From the IMG/VR virus record IMGVR_UViG_3300033121_002286: 20,000 nucleotides of DNA, one strand, 5' to 3'. The position numbers and the translations under genes were made by a program. Source of the DNA: an uncultured virus (IMG/VR IMGVR_UViG_3300033121_002286) (taxonomy: Duplodnaviria > Heunggongvirae > Uroviricota > Caudoviricetes). Positions 16,406-20,000 of this stretch are shown piece after piece (the first letter of the stretch is position 1; every line of letters begins with the position of its first letter). The notes under the pieces are model-generated. The model did no database searches and was not told the DNA's origin. It saw nothing but the letters and a program-made list of their open reading frames with translations.

Positions 16406-16413
16406 AGCCTTAT

Positions 16414-16450
16414 AAAAAGAAAAACCGCATCAAAAAAATGCGGTTCTTTT
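16414..16450. terminator. Bidirectional intrinsic terminator
   Basis: AACCGCAT/ATGCGGTT stem with A and T tracts on either side. Confidence 0.7.
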
Positions 16451-16491
16451 AGTTTGAAAGCAATCTACAATATTTGATAAATATTAAAAAA

Positions 16492-16674
16492 TCATTTCCC
16501 CATCAACGAATCTAAATAAGCTTTAAATTTCTTTTTCTGAGCTTCCACAAGAGATTGACGCTTTTTAGTTCTTTCAGCCTTGTTAGCTTGTGTCTTCTTA
16601 AATCTAGCCGCCCTTTTCTCTCCCCTCTTTAAGGTTGCCATTCTTTTCTTAATGCTTTTTTCAGGTTTTCTCAT
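16492..16674 (-). CDS. Small very basic protein
   Basis: 60-aa K/R-rich ORF preceded by ATATTTAT (16691-16698) and followed by a terminator. Confidence 0.7.
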   Translation of the reverse strand: MRKPEKSIKKRMATLKRGEKRAARFKKTQANKAERTKKRQSLVEAQKKKFKAYLDSLMGK

Positions 16675-16724
16675 TTTGAATTAATTTTTAATAAATATAA
16701 ATCTCAACAATAAAAAATCAATAA

Positions 16725-18998
16725 TTATTCTCCCCTTTTTTCTAATTCATCTCTTGCTTCTGCAGCCTTTTCAAAATCTCCAGCATCTATTGATTTTAAA
16801 ATGAAGTTTTTTAATTCCTGGGTTTGCATTTGATCAAATGGTTTTAATTGAACAGGTTCCTCTTTTTTAACTATTGGTTTATTTAACATATCTCCTATTT
16901 GACCCATCAAATTTTGAATATTGCCAAAATCAGCAACAGGAATTTCTTCATCTGGACCTTGTTGTTCAAGATCATACTCAACCCGATCTAACATTTTTTC
17001 AAGCCACACCACAGCTCTTGCCCCGTCATTTATCAACAAATCAACTAAACGTAAGAACTTATCTGGTGGAAGCATAGATATTTCTTGCAACAAATAAGCA
17101 ACTATTGTATAATCCGAATCTCTTCCCTTTACAATAAAATCTATTGCATCATGCAAATATTTCCATATTCTTGGACCTAAAAGTTTATGCCAATATTCAT
17201 AATGAAATTGATCTGATTGTTTCATTATTGCACGATTTATTTTTTCGGTATATTGTGGCAAACCATTAGCAAAAATATATTCAATAACAGCCTTTACCGT
17301 TTCATGTAGCAAAACCGGAAAAACAGTTGCTTCCGCAACTGCTCCAGTTACTTCTCTAATTCCATCACCATTTTTGTCATCACCCAATATAAGTTCTGAT
17401 TTTCCGTGAATTGGAATATTTGTAATTTTATTATTTTCTATTTCAATATCACCCTTTTCAAATGGTTTGTTTTTCCAAAGAGATAAATTGTGAGCACTCA
17501 TTATTTTAACATAAAAATTATACAACTCAGGATTAATCGCATCAAGTGCTGGTTTTATTTTTTCTAAAAGATTGTGTGCTTTAAAACCGGCACCCATCAT
17601 CAAAGTATTAGCAATAATTCTCTTATCAACATTTTGTTTAATTATCGCTTGTTCTTCAGGTGTAAAATCATCTATTAACTCTTCTTCATCAAAATCCTGA
17701 TCTTCTACTTTAAAATCAATATCATTTGGGTTTGATTGTAGTTTTACCTGTATCTCATCCATTACATCTTGAGGAACACCAAAATATTTTTGCACAACAT
17801 TTTTTGCAAGCCTTTCAAGTGTGTCTTTATGTTTTTGCTGTACTCCCATTGCTTTTTGCAAATACATTAAGACATCCATATCACTCATATTTTCAGCACC
17901 AAATTTTTTTGCAGTGTCAACAACATCTTTATACTCTTCATCACCCAATTTTTCAATTGTTTTTTGCACATCCCCTTTGTGTAAAATATCAATTTTAGAA
18001 AAAGGGTTTGTGCCTCTTTTTTCTATATTTCTTTTTGCATCATCATTTGGCCCACCTATTTTATCATCTTTATAATTCATTGGAGCATCTTCTTGAATTT
18101 CTGATTTTGCCTTTGGAGCTGGTTTTGCACCAGGATGAATTTGTGGTTTTAATATACGCCTTGGGTTGGGTTGTGCAGGGGCTGGTTGAACTCCTGGTTT
18201 AATTTTAGGTTGTGCTGGTGCAACTTCTTGACCTGCTTTTGGGGCAGGTTTTGCACCAGGATGAATTTGTGGTTTTAATATACGTCTTGGGTTAGGTTGT
18301 GCAGGAGCAGGTTGAACATTTGGTTTAATTTTAGGTTGTGCTGGTGCTATTTCAGGACTTTCAAAAAAGTTTTTTACAGTTTCAAAAATTTTCTTTCTTA
18401 TAATATTTTCATCTGATTGTTTTGACTCTTGCATTTGTATTTTTCCTTTTAATATTCCTAACACTAGCTCATCTGAATTTTCAAAGTTATCCTTATTATT
18501 TTTTAAAACATTATAAATGGCACCATACATTCTTGTATCACCTTCATTATATGAAATAGTAGATTTGGATTCTTTGTAAAAATCCAACATTTCTTTTGAT
18601 TGATTTGTTTTCTGAAGCCAACTTTCTATTATAGATAGTGCATATTTATTTGCTTGGCGTTCTTCTTCTAATGCAATTTGAATATATTTATCTAATGGAT
18701 ACTTGGTTAACGAAACCATATCATAATCTATAGTATCATATCTTTTAAAGTGTCCGGTTTCATGTAAAATAATAAAAACTGCTTTTTCATAATTATTAGA
18801 ATTTATGGTCTTAAAACTTTCAGACAAAAAAACTCCACTTCTAAGTGAAATAGCGCCAAACCTCCCGCCAAAAACCGGAAAATCTTCTATAAAAAAGGGC
18901 ACACTTGATGCTTCAGTGTTTAAAAACTCTGAAAATAGAGAAGAAAAATCAGGGTTGAATTTATGAATTTGGGATACTATATGATCTAACTTTGACAT
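16725..18998 (-). CDS. Large modular protein: HExxH metallopeptidase-like N-domain, Pro-rich repeats, helical domain, UVR-like C-terminal motif
   Basis: ILHETGH...EEERQAN, two 42-aa Pro-rich units, FPVLLHETVKAVIE, and SIDAGDFEKAAEARDEL at the C-terminus. Confidence 0.8.
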   Translation of the reverse strand: MSKLDHIVSQIHKFNPDFSSLFSEFLNTEASSVPFFIEDFPVFGGRFGAISLRSGVFLSESFKTINSNNYEKAVFIILHETGHFKRYDTIDYDMVSLTKYPLDKYIQIALEEERQANKYALSIIESWLQKTNQSKEMLDFYKESKSTISYNEGDTRMYGAIYNVLKNNKDNFENSDELVLGILKGKIQMQESKQSDENIIRKKIFETVKNFFESPEIAPAQPKIKPNVQPAPAQPNPRRILKPQIHPGAKPAPKAGQEVAPAQPKIKPGVQPAPAQPNPRRILKPQIHPGAKPAPKAKSEIQEDAPMNYKDDKIGGPNDDAKRNIEKRGTNPFSKIDILHKGDVQKTIEKLGDEEYKDVVDTAKKFGAENMSDMDVLMYLQKAMGVQQKHKDTLERLAKNVVQKYFGVPQDVMDEIQVKLQSNPNDIDFKVEDQDFDEEELIDDFTPEEQAIIKQNVDKRIIANTLMMGAGFKAHNLLEKIKPALDAINPELYNFYVKIMSAHNLSLWKNKPFEKGDIEIENNKITNIPIHGKSELILGDDKNGDGIREVTGAVAEATVFPVLLHETVKAVIEYIFANGLPQYTEKINRAIMKQSDQFHYEYWHKLLGPRIWKYLHDAIDFIVKGRDSDYTIVAYLLQEISMLPPDKFLRLVDLLINDGARAVVWLEKMLDRVEYDLEQQGPDEEIPVADFGNIQNLMGQIGDMLNKPIVKKEEPVQLKPFDQMQTQELKNFILKSIDAGDFEKAAEARDELEKRGE
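18108..18353 (-). repeat. Tandem duplication with 126-nt period (about 2 copies), encoding a Pro-rich 42-aa unit
   Basis: GGTTTTGCACCAGGATGAATTTGTGGTTTTAATATACG occurs at 18121 and 18247; unit E[IV]APAQPKIKP[NG]VQPAPAQPNPRRILKPQIHPGAKPAPKA. Confidence 0.95.
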
Positions 18999-19025
18999 TT
19001 GTATGGTTTATACTATTAAATATTT

Positions 19026-19060
19026 AAAAAAAAAGAAGGGCGGTAATCAGCCGCCCTTTT
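19026..19060 (-). terminator. Intrinsic terminator after the vWA gene
   Basis: AAGGGCGG/CCGCCCTT stem with a long U tract on the minus strand. Confidence 0.8.
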
Positions 19061-19089
19061 AATCAACAATCACCAACTTAACTTAAAAA

Positions 19090-19914
19090 TTAAATCTTTT
19101 GGTCCTGGTCTGTCGTATTTTTTAATTGATCTTTTAACTTTTGTTCATCTTCATCAATTGTATTGCCATCAATAACGCTACTGAAATATTCCACATTACT
19201 TGTTCCAGCAAATCCAACAGCGTTTATATCAGCAGCCCTTGTGCTCATTGATCTACTTAATACTTGGGATGCATTTGCAGTGCCCACTGCACTAGAATAA
19301 TAATTAAGAGTATTTCCTCTGTCAATTCCAAGGTTTGAACTCACCAACACAGAATCCTGGTTCGCTCCAAGGAAAGAAATTGTCCAACGCTGATCTTTAT
19401 TGAGCTTTTCAACAAGGGGTTTTACTTTGTTGGCATCCCATTTTTCAGGGTGAACTTGAGAGTTGTTTTCACCACCATCAGTCATAATCACAACAACAGC
19501 GCTAACTATCTTATCCTTTTCAATCATTTTTGGTGATAGTTTGTCTTGGAGCTTTGTTATTCCCATCCCCATTGCATGATGTAATGCAGTTAAACCACCC
19601 GGCACATAGCTTTCTTCGGTAAGTGGTTTAACTTCTGATACAGGAACATCCATCATTACCTCTTGCATATCATCACTAAAAGTAATGAGGCTTATAAAAT
19701 ATTTTTGATCTGGGTATTTTTCTTCTAATTTTTTAATTGTTTGCAACTGTTCATTGAAATTGTTAATAGTTGCCTGGCGAACAGAAGACATTGACCCACT
19801 TTTATCTAAAATCAAAAGGTAATGAGTTTCCACTAATTTAGGGGTAATAATCTCTTCAGTAACAGTTGTGGTGGTTGTTACTGTAGTTTTTGTAACTTTT
19901 TGTGCGTTTTCCAT
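19090..19914 (-). CDS. von Willebrand factor A (vWA) domain protein
   Basis: MIDAS motif LILDKSGSMS, plus GLTAL, VIMTDG and FLGANQD. Confidence 0.92.
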   Translation of the reverse strand: MENAQKVTKTTVTTTTTVTEEIITPKLVETHYLLILDKSGSMSSVRQATINNFNEQLQTIKKLEEKYPDQKYFISLITFSDDMQEVMMDVPVSEVKPLTEESYVPGGLTALHHAMGMGITKLQDKLSPKMIEKDKIVSAVVVIMTDGGENNSQVHPEKWDANKVKPLVEKLNKDQRWTISFLGANQDSVLVSSNLGIDRGNTLNYYSSAVGTANASQVLSRSMSTRAADINAVGFAGTSNVEYFSSVIDGNTIDEDEQKLKDQLKNTTDQDQKI

Positions 19915-19969
19915 TTTTTAAGATTTAATTGTAATTGTAAATATACTAATTTAAAAATTAAAAATAAAT

Positions 19970-20000
19970 AAAAAATCCGGGAAAATTTTGCCCGGATTTT
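19970..20000 (-). terminator. Probable intrinsic terminator of a gene outside the window
   Basis: AAAATCCGGG/CCCGGATTTT inverted repeat. Confidence 0.6.

Noticed and set aside
1097..18202. Other short ORFs in the track that overlap longer genes (e.g. 1097..1309, 1579..1818, 2014..2202, 3363..3554, 4306..4578, 6240..6548, 15707..15931, 16019..16294, 17726..17998)
   Set aside because: Short shadows of well-supported genes with no motifs or expression signals, unlike 1592..2413.
18108..18353. Tandem repeat as a CRISPR array
   Set aside because: Two adjacent 126-nt in-frame coding units without unique spacers; no array was seen anywhere in the window.
19855..19900. Thr-rich run VTKTTVTTTTTVTEE at the vWA N-terminus as a variable repeat
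   Set aside because: The codons are heterogeneous, so it is a low-complexity peptide rather than a slippage-prone DNA repeat.
1..20000. Stop-codon reassignment as in some large phages
   Set aside because: Genes are full length in the standard code, and TAG, TGA and TAA all end genes at sensible positions.
1..20000. tRNA or rRNA genes
   Set aside because: Intergenic gaps are short, and their hairpins are explained by terminators or IS ends; no cloverleaf was seen.

Overview
AT-rich, gene-dense segment of a large dsDNA phage read in the standard genetic code. A Bacteroidota host is inferred from TAnnTTTG promoter boxes and the lack of obvious Shine-Dalgarno sequences. Recognisable genes are an RNA 2'-phosphotransferase (KptA/Tpt1, cut by the window edge and absent from the ORF track), an intein-containing SNF2-family helicase, an M15 endolysin, a Cas4/AddB-like nuclease, WYL-like, GNAT, YkuK-like RNase H, HAD, Hsp20 and vWA proteins, plus many hypothetical proteins that share short peptide motifs. 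Two selfish elements stand out. (1) A 372-aa intein in the helicase Walker B motif has no recognisable endonuclease in its own frame, but hides a complete 273-aa zinc-finger/DUF559 (Vsr-like) endonuclease gene in the +1 frame. (2) A TnpA-less IS200/IS605 TnpB element appears to sit between a phage promoter motif and a start codon, and has a 413-codon antisense frame that ends in an ATGA overlap with that displaced gene. All assignments come from reading motifs by eye; no searches were run.
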